The notes below the pieces were generated by a model. The model searched no databases. It was not told the DNA's origin and saw only the letters and a list, made by a program, of their open reading frames with translations. Below are positions 8,028 through 16,684 of a stretch of DNA of 25,886 bases, piece by piece. Numbering within the stretch: the first letter of the stretch is position 1; each line of letters opens with the position of its first letter. The DNA is from an uncultured Actinomycetes bacterium (lineage in GTDB: Bacteria > Actinomycetota > Actinomycetes > S36-B12): assembly GCA_964559285.1 (NCBI GenBank), contig CAZLHZ010000003.1, positions 1-25,886 on the forward strand, read 5' to 3'. Both the position numbers and the translations under genes were made by a program.

Positions 8028-9521
8028 GTGGCCACGATCGGCGACCTCTGTGCCGTGGATGCGCATGCTGAAGGTCTGCATGATCTCCTGCCTCTCTCCG
8101 AGGTCGGTGTCCATCGGGGGCGAACGCTCACGTCGGTGGGTCTCGTGGAGTCCCCCGAAGCGCTCGCTGATGCTCCCGCAGACTCCGTGCAGGTGATGGC
8201 GACCGAGGTGGCACGCTCGCTGCAGGCCTATCAGGTGGATGTCGCCGTGCGCACGGCCGCGGCACGTTCGGTTGCTGTCCTCGTGATGCCGGGTGTGACT
8301 GAGCTGCCCGCCACCGCGACCCACATGGCGGCACGCAGCGGCATTGTTCTGGCCACCTGTCGGCCCGGTGTTCCACTGGCACATCTCGTTGTGAGCATCG
8401 ATCAGCGACTGCGCGGAGATGCTTCAGTGACAGTCGGTCGTGCCCTATCGACTCTGGTGCGCCTCCGTGAGATCGAAACTGATGACTCGCTGACGGTCGA
8501 GGACCTGGTGATCGCGGCTTCACGCGAGCTGGGTATCACCGTGCAGACCGTGACCGCTGGCGATGAAGGTGGTGAGCCGGTCGAGATCGATGGAGCTGTC
8601 ATTGAGCGACTCGTCGCTGATGAAGACGACGATGCGGTGCGACTTGTCCTGCCGACCCTCGCGGCCATCCTGTCTCGGCGACGTCGACATGAGCGGGACC
8701 TGCGTCTGGCTCCCGACCAGGCTCGGGGTGAGGTTGTCGTGCAGATCCTGCTGGCGGGAGATCTCGAGGTCACGACGCGCATCGCTGATCGCGCTCGATC
8801 TCTTGGCGTCGATATCGACGCCCGCCATGTCGTCATCGCCCTATCGACCGATGACGATCCAGCTCGAGGTGACAGCACGATGTCGGTGGGTGCGGAGCTC
8901 AGTCGTCGCTCCCATCGCGAGGACCTGGTGACCCGGATGCGCGAGGTTGCTCGCGGACGTGATGGCTGGGTGACAACAGCGCTGGAGGAGGACGTCCTCG
9001 TCATCCTCACCGGCGAGCTCTGCCCGATGGCCGATGATGTGGTCTCGGAGATGCTCCACATTGCCGGCCCGGACGTCTTCTGTGGAGTGGGGACCGAGCA
9101 GCCGGGGGCAACGGGTCTGCGCCTCTCCGCGTCGGAGGCGCGATCGGCTCTGGGCTCCGCACGCATGCGGGGGCGCGTGGGGGAGGCTGTGCGCTTCGAC
9201 GCCACGGGCGTACGCCGAGTCCTCGCGGATGTCCGAGCATCCTGGGTCGGTCGGCGGGTGCTCGATGACCTGCTGGCTCCGATCGACGCCCTCGATCAGG
9301 AGCGGTCCCGGGCGCTGTTGGCCACGCTGTCGGCGTACCTCGACAGCCAGGGGTCACTCAAGGCGGTGGCCGGACGACTCCATCTGCACCCCAACGCGGT
9401 CGCCTATCGGATCCGGCGGATCGAGGAGGTGCTCGCGATGGATCTCGCGGATCCGGATGTGCGCTTCGCCCTCCACCTCGCCTGCCGGGTCCGATTCCTC
9501 GACACCCCCTTGGGCTCGTGA
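8028..9521 (+). CDS. PucR/CdaR-family transcriptional regulator
   Basis: C-terminal LLATLSAYLDSQGSLKAVAGRLHLHPNAVAYRIRRIEEVL..DL is a PucR-type HTH. There is a central GGDEF-like region (CGVG...GLRLSASEA..AL). Confidence 0.92.
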   Translation: MATIGDLCAVDAHAEGLHDLLPLSEVGVHRGRTLTSVGLVESPEALADAPADSVQVMATEVARSLQAYQVDVAVRTAAARSVAVLVMPGVTELPATATHMAARSGIVLATCRPGVPLAHLVVSIDQRLRGDASVTVGRALSTLVRLREIETDDSLTVEDLVIAASRELGITVQTVTAGDEGGEPVEIDGAVIERLVADEDDDAVRLVLPTLAAILSRRRRHERDLRLAPDQARGEVVVQILLAGDLEVTTRIADRARSLGVDIDARHVVIALSTDDDPARGDSTMSVGAELSRRSHREDLVTRMREVARGRDGWVTTALEEDVLVILTGELCPMADDVVSEMLHIAGPDVFCGVGTEQPGATGLRLSASEARSALGSARMRGRVGEAVRFDATGVRRVLADVRASWVGRRVLDDLLAPIDALDQERSRALLATLSAYLDSQGSLKAVAGRLHLHPNAVAYRIRRIEEVLAMDLADPDVRFALHLACRVRFLDTPLGS

Positions 9522-9542
9522 CACAGGAACCTCCCAGATCCC

Positions 9543-9586
9543 TGTGCTGAGATCACATTGCTCCCTCGGCATCGCGCTGCCACGAT
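9543..9586 (+). promoter_or_regulatory. Candidate promoter of the DUF917 operon with an upstream palindrome
   Basis: TGTG-N7-CACA (9543-9557) abuts TTGCTC (9558-9563), then 17 nt, then CACGAT (9581-9586), then 7 nt to GTG 9594. Confidence 0.5.
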
Positions 9587-9593
9587 GTGCCCC

Positions 9594-10673
9594 GTGCGCG
9601 CCGTGACCCTCGAGGATCTCGATGACCTGGCCTTCGGTGCCGCCCTCTTCGGGACCGGGGGCGGTGGCAGTGTCGACGGCCAGTTGCTCAGCGCCAAGGC
9701 GGCCCTCGCTGAACTCGGACCCGTGCCGCTCGTCGACATCGACGACCTGCCCCCCGACAGCCTCGTCATGCCGCTGTCCGGTATCGGCGCACCGGTCGTC
9801 TCCCACGAGGTGCTGCGCAACGGACATGAGGCGGCCCTCATCCGGGCAGCTGTGGAGCGGGAGCTGGGTCGACCCGTCGCGGCCGTCATGTCCTCCGAGC
9901 TGGGCGGCGGCAACGGAGTGGAGCCGGTGATGTGGGCGGCCCGCCTCGGTCTGCCGATCGTCGACGGTGATGGCATGGGCCGGGCCTTCCCCGAGGTGCA
10001 GATGGTCACGTACTACGTGTGCGATATGCCGGTCACCCCGGTGTTCCTCTCCGACGTGCAGGGCAATGTGACGGTGGTCCATCCGGTGTCGGGGGAGTGG
10101 TCGGAGCCGATCGCCCGCTCCGTCACCGTCGCGATGGGCAGCAGTGCGCTCATGGCCGACTATGTCCTGCCTGCCGGAGTCGTCAAGGACGCGATCGTCC
10201 GGTCATCCATGAGTCGGGCGATCCGCGTCGGGCGTGCCGTGCGCACATCGACCTCGCCGCTGGCGGCCATTGAGGCCGAGCTCAATGCCACCCGGCTCAT
10301 CACCGGCAAGATTCGCGAGATCGAGCGGCGCACCGGCGGTGGGTTCGTGCGCGGGAGCGTCATCGTCGAAGGCTCCGGAGCCGATCGTGATCGACTGCTG
10401 AGGATTGAGATCCAGAACGAGAACCTCATCGCCCTCGAGGATGGCCAGCCACTCGCCGTCGTACCCGACCTCATCTCGGTCGTCGACTCCACGACGGGAC
10501 GCGCCATCGCGACAGAGGAGCTGAAGTACGGCCTGCGCGTCGCTGTCATGGCCTGGCCCTGCGATCCCATCTGGCGCACTCCGAAGGGACTGCGCACCGC
10601 CGGGCCTGAGGCGTTTGGGTACGACGTGACCTACGTCCCCATCGAGGAGGTGCGCCGTGGCCGCGCGTCGTGA
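9594..10673 (+). CDS. DUF917-family protein (thiohydantoin desulfurase-like)
   Basis: GAALFGTGGGG, IGAP, ELGGGNG, IVDGDGMGRAFPE, GGFVRG, QNENL, VPDLI are typical of DUF917. Start placed at GTG 9594 (MRAVTLEDLDDLA). Confidence 0.9.
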   Translation: MRAVTLEDLDDLAFGAALFGTGGGGSVDGQLLSAKAALAELGPVPLVDIDDLPPDSLVMPLSGIGAPVVSHEVLRNGHEAALIRAAVERELGRPVAAVMSSELGGGNGVEPVMWAARLGLPIVDGDGMGRAFPEVQMVTYYVCDMPVTPVFLSDVQGNVTVVHPVSGEWSEPIARSVTVAMGSSALMADYVLPAGVVKDAIVRSSMSRAIRVGRAVRTSTSPLAAIEAELNATRLITGKIREIERRTGGGFVRGSVIVEGSGADRDRLLRIEIQNENLIALEDGQPLAVVPDLISVVDSTTGRAIATEELKYGLRVAVMAWPCDPIWRTPKGLRTAGPEAFGYDVTYVPIEEVRRGRAS

Positions 10674-12249
10674 TCTGCGTGCCGGCATCGACGTCGGTGG
10701 CACCAACACCGATGCCGTCATCCTCGACGGGCAGGATCGCATCCTCGCGCGCACGAAGGCCAGCACGACACCGGATGTCAGCAGTGGGATCACGACCGCA
10801 CTCGAATCGGTCCTGGAGCAGATCGGCCCGGATCGCAGTCGGGTCTCCCGCATCATGCTCGGCACCACCCACGCGACGAATGCGATCCTGGAGCGCCGTC
10901 CCCTCGGTCGAGTCGGTGTTCTGCGGCTTGCGGCCCCGGCAACCCTGTCGATCCCTCCCATGTCGGGTTGGCCGACGGACCTGCGGGACGTCATTGCCGT
11001 CGACTCCGCAATCCTGCCGGGCGGCAACTATGTCGACGGCCGGATCATCTCCCGCGTCGATCGCGATGCGACGAAGCGCTTCCTGGAATCCCTCGCCGGT
11101 CGCGTCGATGCTCTCGCGGTGACCTCCGTGTTCTCACCCGCCTCCAGCGATCACGAAACCGAGGTCGCTGCACTCGCCGCCTCCATCCTCGGCCCAGACC
11201 TGCCGGTATCCCTGGCACATGAGGTCGGCTCGCTCGGACTTCTCGAACGCGAGAACGCGACCATCCTCAACGCCGCGCTCTATGGCGTTGCCGGACAGGT
11301 CGTCGGTGCACTCGACTCGGTGCTGGATCGACTCGGCATCGATGCGGAGACGCTCTTCGCGCAGAACGACGGCACGCTCATGGCGATGGAGTTCGCACAG
11401 CGCTATCCGATCCTCACGATCGGATCCGGCCCCTCCAACTCCCTGCGCGGTGCCGCCTACATCAGCGGCTGCCAGTCCGCGATCGTGGCAGATGTCGGTG
11501 GCACCTCCACCGATCTCGGCGTCCTCGTCGGTGGATTCCCGCGCGAGTCCAGTGAACCGGCGGAGATCGGTGGCGTGCGCACCAACTTCCGGATGCCGGA
11601 CACACTGGCGATCGCGCTGGGCGGAGGCACCATCCTGCGACGCGGTGCCGGTGGGCGGCCCGCGCTCGGCCCGGACTCGGTGGGCTATCGGCTCACCAGC
11701 GAGGCCCTCGCCTTCGGTGGATCAACTGTGACGCTGACTGATGCGGGTGTCCTGCATGGACGGCTGTCGGCAGGGGAGGGAGCGGACGCGGTGCGGGGCA
11801 GGCTTGCGGCGTGCGCCGATGTCGATGCGACCTTCCTTGCCGAGGCACCCGGTGAGGCCGTCGAGATGATCGCTGGCGCCGTTGACCGTGTGTCGCTCGG
11901 GCGCCACGAACTGCCACTCGTGGCGGTCGGCGGCGGCGCGTTCCTCATCCCCGACGGCGTCCCCGGAGTGTCAGAGGTCATTCGCCCGGCCGATGGAGCC
12001 GTGGCCAACGCCGTGGGTGCCGCGATCGCGTGGGCGAGTGGACGCTGGGATTCCGTCGTGTCGGTCGGCCCGAACTTCCGCGAACAGGTCGAGCAGGCGC
12101 GGGCGACCGCCTGCGAGCGGGCCGTCGCCGCGGCCGCGGACCCGGCGACGGTTGAGGTTGTCGACCATGTTGAAGTCCCACTGTCCTACCTGACGACGCC
12201 GTCGGTGCGAGTCATGGTGAAGGCCGCCGGCCCCTTGGCGTCGACATGA
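10657..12249 (+). CDS. Hydantoinase/oxoprolinase N-terminal-type ATPase (DUF917-associated, no B subunit)
   Basis: GIDVGGTNTDAV, GTTHATNAILERR, LERENATILNA, QNDGTLM, SGPSNSLRGA, DVGGTSTD, VANAVGAA. 17-bp overlap with DUF917. Confidence 0.9.
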   Translation: MAARRDLRAGIDVGGTNTDAVILDGQDRILARTKASTTPDVSSGITTALESVLEQIGPDRSRVSRIMLGTTHATNAILERRPLGRVGVLRLAAPATLSIPPMSGWPTDLRDVIAVDSAILPGGNYVDGRIISRVDRDATKRFLESLAGRVDALAVTSVFSPASSDHETEVAALAASILGPDLPVSLAHEVGSLGLLERENATILNAALYGVAGQVVGALDSVLDRLGIDAETLFAQNDGTLMAMEFAQRYPILTIGSGPSNSLRGAAYISGCQSAIVADVGGTSTDLGVLVGGFPRESSEPAEIGGVRTNFRMPDTLAIALGGGTILRRGAGGRPALGPDSVGYRLTSEALAFGGSTVTLTDAGVLHGRLSAGEGADAVRGRLAACADVDATFLAEAPGEAVEMIAGAVDRVSLGRHELPLVAVGGGAFLIPDGVPGVSEVIRPADGAVANAVGAAIAWASGRWDSVVSVGPNFREQVEQARATACERAVAAAADPATVEVVDHVEVPLSYLTTPSVRVMVKAAGPLAST

Positions 12250-12355
12250 ATCGTCCCGACGCCACGATGACAATCACATCTCGATGCTCGAGGAGATCGA
12301 GCAGAGCCCCCCACCTGCCGCCATCATGGGGCAGCAACCACCCTGGAGGAACATC

Positions 12356-13987
12356 ATGAGAAGCAAGCTGATGGGAGTCGCCATCCTCGCGGCTGCCGCC
12401 CTGACCATCGCCGCGTGCGGTGGCGGACAGTCCAAGGATCCGACATCGAGCGCCGCTCCGTCGCCGACCGGGGCGACCTCGTCTGCAGCACCGGTGGACA
12501 CCGTGTTCACCTACGCGCCAAACCTCGAGGTCGTCACCGAGTGGGATCCAGCCAAGTCCTACTCCAATGAGCTCATCGCGATGCAGAACATCTACGAGTC
12601 GCTCACTCGCTATGACATCACGACGCAGAAGACCGTCGGCGTGCTGGCGGAGTCATGGACCGTGTCTGCAGATGGCCTCGAGTGGACCTTCAAACTTCGC
12701 AGCGGAGTCACGTTCCACACGGGTCGCGCACTTGATGCGACCGCAGCCAAGGAGGCACTCGACCGCACGATCAAGATCGGCGCCGGTGCCGCCTACATAT
12801 GGGGAGCGGTCAGCGAGATCACGGCCGTCGACGCTCAGACGCTGAAGTTCACCCTCTCCTACCCGGTGGCACTCGACCAGGTGGCAGCTGCTGCCTACGC
12901 GTCCTACATCTACGACGTCACGGCAGCTCCCGAGTCTGAGCTTGAGGCGTGGTTCAACAAGGGCAACGATGCCGGGACCGGCCCCTACACGATCGCGTCC
13001 TACGAAAAGGGTGCCGAGGTCGAGGTGTCGCTCAAGGCGAACCCTGATTACTGGGGTGGATGGGATGGCACGCACTACGACACCGTGAACTTCCGGGTCA
13101 CTCCCGAGGTCACGACGGCCTGGCAGCTGGTCCAGACCGGCGAGGTCGACTTCATTCAGCGCGCCAACCCGGAGATCTTCGAGCAGGCCAAGACCACTCC
13201 GACGGTCCAGGTGTCTGAGACGGGTTCCTTCCAGAACCTGCTCGCGCTCTACAACACCGCGAGTGGTCCGCTTGCTGACGTGCGCGTGCGCAAGGCGATC
13301 CAGATGGCGGTGGACTATGACGGTCTGCTCGCCTCCCTCAAGGGCTCGGCGGTCGCGGCCTCGGGCTTCGTCCCCGAGGGCCTGCTCGGCTACACCCCGG
13401 GTCTATCCGGCAAGCAGGATCTGACGGCTGCAGCAGCACTGCTGAAGGAGGCGGGGTACGGCGAGGGCGGCAAGCCGCTGTCGCTGGTGATGACCTACGC
13501 CCAGGGTGATGATGCCCAGCAGACGCTGGCCACCCTCCTCTCCTCGGCGATCCAGACCCTCGGTGGGACGCTCGACGCCCGCCCGATGGAGTGGAATGCG
13601 CAGTGGGACATGGCGAAGTCGACAGACACTGCTGGACGTCAGGACATCTTCGTCATGTACTGGTACCCCGACTATGCCGATGCCTACTCGTGGCCGTTCA
13701 ACCTCTACGTCGGATCTGAGGAGCCCTTCTTCAATCTCTCGTACTACAACGATCCGGCGCTCAATGCTGAGATCGAGGCCCTTCCGGCGCTGACGGTGAA
13801 CGATCCGGCGGCGGCTCAGGCTGCCTACGAGAAGATCAACACGCAGGTGACGAATGAGCTCGCGCTCAGCTCGTACTTCTACGTGCAGAACTACCAGCGG
13901 ATCCTCGCCGGCAGCGTGAAGGGCTATGTCGACAACCCGGCATACCCGAACGTGACGAGGGTCTACGACATGAGCCCGGCCAGCTAG
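12356..13987 (+). CDS. Family-5 (Dpp/Opp-type) ABC substrate-binding lipoprotein
   Basis: GGAGG RBS then ATG 12356. Signal peptide with lipobox IAAC. NIYESL, LAESWTVS.DGLEWTFKLRSGVTFH, GTGPY, RVRKAI. Confidence 0.93.
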   Translation: MRSKLMGVAILAAAALTIAACGGGQSKDPTSSAAPSPTGATSSAAPVDTVFTYAPNLEVVTEWDPAKSYSNELIAMQNIYESLTRYDITTQKTVGVLAESWTVSADGLEWTFKLRSGVTFHTGRALDATAAKEALDRTIKIGAGAAYIWGAVSEITAVDAQTLKFTLSYPVALDQVAAAAYASYIYDVTAAPESELEAWFNKGNDAGTGPYTIASYEKGAEVEVSLKANPDYWGGWDGTHYDTVNFRVTPEVTTAWQLVQTGEVDFIQRANPEIFEQAKTTPTVQVSETGSFQNLLALYNTASGPLADVRVRKAIQMAVDYDGLLASLKGSAVAASGFVPEGLLGYTPGLSGKQDLTAAAALLKEAGYGEGGKPLSLVMTYAQGDDAQQTLATLLSSAIQTLGGTLDARPMEWNAQWDMAKSTDTAGRQDIFVMYWYPDYADAYSWPFNLYVGSEEPFFNLSYYNDPALNAEIEALPALTVNDPAAAQAAYEKINTQVTNELALSSYFYVQNYQRILAGSVKGYVDNPAYPNVTRVYDMSPAS

Positions 13988-13998
13988 GTCGATCTGAC

Positions 13999-15015
13999 AT
14001 GTCGCGCTACCTCCTGCGCCGATGCGGGCAGGCACTCCTCGTCATTCTTGGCGTGGTCGTGCTCACCTTCATCGTCGTGCGGCTGCTGCCCGGGGATCCC
14101 GCGATCGCCTATGCGGGTCCCCGGGCGACAGCTGAGGAGTTGGCGCAGGCCCGGATCGCCCTGGGACTGGACCGGCCCGTGCCGGTCCAGCTCTGGATCT
14201 ACCTCACGGGGATCGTCCAGGGCGATCTGGGCACGTCCATCTTCACCAAGCAGCCGGTGGTCGCTGATCTCACGAAGGCCTTCCCGGCCTCGCTCGAACT
14301 CGTGGCGGCCTCCCTCATCATCGCGGTCCCGGTGGGAATGGGCATCGGCATGCTCGCGGCGCGGCGCAAGGGTGGCGCAGGTGACGTCTCGGCGCGCTTC
14401 ATCACCATGCTCGCCGTGTCGTTCCCGTCCTTCTGGCTCGCGCTCATCCTGCAGAGCGTGCTGGCGACACGGCTCGGCTGGTTCCCGGTGGCCGGGGAGT
14501 ACGACTCGGCGCTGGACTCCACCTCACCGCTCTCGCAGTGGACCTACATCACCGTGGTGGATACGCTCATCACCGGGAACTGGCCCATCTTCCTGTCCAC
14601 CCTGCACCACCTCGTGCTGCCGGCGCTCGTGCTGGCGATGTATCCCATCGGCGTCATCGCCCAGCTGACCCGGGCCGGCCTCGTTGAGGAGCTGACCGCC
14701 GAGCACGTGCGCAACGCCCTGTCACTGGGTTTCTCCCGCGGACAGGTCATTCGCAGGTTCGCGCTGCGCCCGGTGGCCTCTCCCGTCGTCACCCTCATCG
14801 CACTGGTCTTCGCCTACTCACTGGTCAATGCGGTCATCGTGGAGTCCATCTTCAACTGGCCAGGCCTGGGGCGCTACGCCACCGCTGCTCTGCGCTCACT
14901 GGACACTCCCGCGATCGCAGGTGTCACCCTGCTCGTCGCGATCGTCTATGTCATCCTCAACCTCATCGTCGATCTCGTGCAGACGTGGATCGACCCGCGG
15001 GTGCGTCTTCGATGA
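13999..15015 (+). CDS. ABC permease, DppB/OppB-type
   Basis: LLPGDPA, LGLDRP, GDLGTS, FPASLEL, PSFWL, EHVRNALSLG (EAA-like loop), VESIFNWPGLG. Confidence 0.95.
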   Translation: MSRYLLRRCGQALLVILGVVVLTFIVVRLLPGDPAIAYAGPRATAEELAQARIALGLDRPVPVQLWIYLTGIVQGDLGTSIFTKQPVVADLTKAFPASLELVAASLIIAVPVGMGIGMLAARRKGGAGDVSARFITMLAVSFPSFWLALILQSVLATRLGWFPVAGEYDSALDSTSPLSQWTYITVVDTLITGNWPIFLSTLHHLVLPALVLAMYPIGVIAQLTRAGLVEELTAEHVRNALSLGFSRGQVIRRFALRPVASPVVTLIALVFAYSLVNAVIVESIFNWPGLGRYATAALRSLDTPAIAGVTLLVAIVYVILNLIVDLVQTWIDPRVRLR

Positions 15016-15893
15016 GCATGATCGAGGTCGACCCGATTCGACCGGGGGTCTTGAGCAGATTCACCAGTCGCTGGACGAGGGATTGGTTTGTCATCGTGGG
15101 TGGCGGGCTCATCGCGGTGATCGTCCTTGCTGCGCTGCTGGCGCCGTGGATCACGCCGTACCCGCAGGATGCTCAGGGAGCCGTTGACCCCGTCAATGGG
15201 CTTCTGCCGCCAAGTGCGCAGCACTGGTTCGGGACGGACAAGGTGGGACGGGACATCTTCACTCGCGTCGTGTTCGGCGCCCGCACCTCGTTGCTTGTCG
15301 TCGCCTGTGTGCTCATCGCGTCGATCATCATCGGTGTCATCCTTGGAGTGTGGGCGGGGTACGCCGGTGGCTGGTGGCGTGACGTCATCATGCGGATCAC
15401 CGACGTGTTCCTTGCCTTCCCGGCTCTCCTGCTCGCGCTCGCCCTCGCACTTGTCCTTCCGCGCGGGCTGCCGACCCTCATCATCGCCATCTCTGTGACC
15501 TGGTGGCCGTGGTACACCCGACTCATTGCCGCAGTGGCGAACTCGGTGTCGGAACGTCCCTATGTCGAGGTGGCACGCACACTGGGTGAGCCTGGCTGGC
15601 GCATCGTGGGGCGACACGTGCTTCCCAACTCCCTCACGCCCGTCGTTGTGCAGGCATCGCTTGATGCTGGCGGGATCATCCTCGTCGTCGCCACACTGTC
15701 CTATCTCGGACTCGGTGTCAGCGAGCCGACAGCGGAGTGGGGACTCATGGTGCAGCAGGGTCAGTCACTGCTGGGCACCCAGTGGTGGGTGGTCACATTT
15801 CCCGGTCTGGCCATCATGGTGACGGCCCTGGCATTCAACCTCCTCGGTGAGGGACTGCGCGAGTCACTGGATCCGCGACGGAGGACACGATGA
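15012..15893 (+). CDS. ABC permease, DppC/OppC-type
   Basis: HWFGTDKVGRDIFTRVVFGARTSL, YVEVARTLG, RHVLPNS, LSYLGLG...EWG. ATG 15012 overlaps the upstream TGA. Confidence 0.95.
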   Translation: MSMIEVDPIRPGVLSRFTSRWTRDWFVIVGGGLIAVIVLAALLAPWITPYPQDAQGAVDPVNGLLPPSAQHWFGTDKVGRDIFTRVVFGARTSLLVVACVLIASIIIGVILGVWAGYAGGWWRDVIMRITDVFLAFPALLLALALALVLPRGLPTLIIAISVTWWPWYTRLIAAVANSVSERPYVEVARTLGEPGWRIVGRHVLPNSLTPVVVQASLDAGGIILVVATLSYLGLGVSEPTAEWGLMVQQGQSLLGTQWWVVTFPGLAIMVTALAFNLLGEGLRESLDPRRRTR

Positions 15894-16684
15894 GTGCACT
15901 CGTCGACATCCGCGACCTCGTGATCCGCTTCCCGGCGGGAGGAACTTCCACGGGCGAGGGCACGGTGATCTCAGTGCCTCAGCTTCAGGTCCACTCGCGT
16001 GAGATTGTCGCCCTCGTCGGTGAATCCGGATCGGGCAAGACGACCACGCTGCTGTCGATGCTCGGCCTGCTTACGGAGTCGGCTCACGTCACAGGCGAGG
16101 TCGTCACCTGCGGCGTGTCAATCATCGGGGCGTCAGCACGCGAGTTGCGCCTGGTGCGCGGCGCCAAGGCTGCCCTCGTCTTCCAGTCACCCCAGGCAGC
16201 ATTCACTCCCACCAAGAGACTCGGCGACTTCGCTGCCGCAGCCCTGCGCCTCCACGGTCATGACCGTGCCGCGATCACGAGCACGCTCAACGAGGCCCTC
16301 GATGCGGTGAGTCTCGATCGGGACATCGTCCGTCGCTACCCCCATCAGGTATCAGGCGGCCAGGCTCAGCGCTTCGCGATTGCCCTGGCCCTGTCCCTCG
16401 GTGCCGAACTCCTCCTCGCGGATGAGCCGACGAGCGCCCTTGATGTCACTGTCCAGGCAGAGATTGTCGCGCTGTTCCGCCGCCTGCGCGACGAGCGCGG
16501 CCTCACCGTCGTCATTGTCAGTCATGATCTCGCTCTGGTCTCCGGACTGGCGGACCGCATCGTGGTGATGAAGGACGGACAGGTCGTCGAGGAGGGCACG
16601 GTGAGCGCGGTGATCGGGTCACCGACCTCTGACTACACGCGTGACCTCATTGCGTCCGTGCCGAGCATTGGCCAGGCTGAGTGA
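15890..16684 (+). CDS. ABC ATP-binding protein, DppD-type
   Basis: Walker A GESGSGKT, YPHQVSGGQAQR, Walker B LLLADEPTSALD, H-loop SHD. No C-terminal oligo_HPY extension. Confidence 0.95.
   Translation: MSALVDIRDLVIRFPAGGTSTGEGTVISVPQLQVHSREIVALVGESGSGKTTTLLSMLGLLTESAHVTGEVVTCGVSIIGASARELRLVRGAKAALVFQSPQAAFTPTKRLGDFAAAALRLHGHDRAAITSTLNEALDAVSLDRDIVRRYPHQVSGGQAQRFAIALALSLGAELLLADEPTSALDVTVQAEIVALFRRLRDERGLTVVIVSHDLALVSGLADRIVVMKDGQVVEEGTVSAVIGSPTSDYTRDLIASVPSIGQAE

Noticed and set aside
9594-10673. Complete ergothioneine degradation pathway
   Set aside because: No ergothionase (HAL-like) or thiourocanate hydratase (urocanase-like) gene is present. Only the DUF917 family link supports it.
11382-11396. 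GGCGATGGAGTTCGC, matching the 5' part of the fluoride riboswitch consensus
   Set aside because: It lies mid-CDS (encodes AMEFA), lacks the rest of the motif and is far from the ClC gene. No such motif precedes the ClC gene either.
12440-12500. TSSAAP repeated twice after the SBP lipobox
   Set aside because: Ordinary Ser/Thr/Pro-rich lipoprotein linker, and the DNA copies are divergent.
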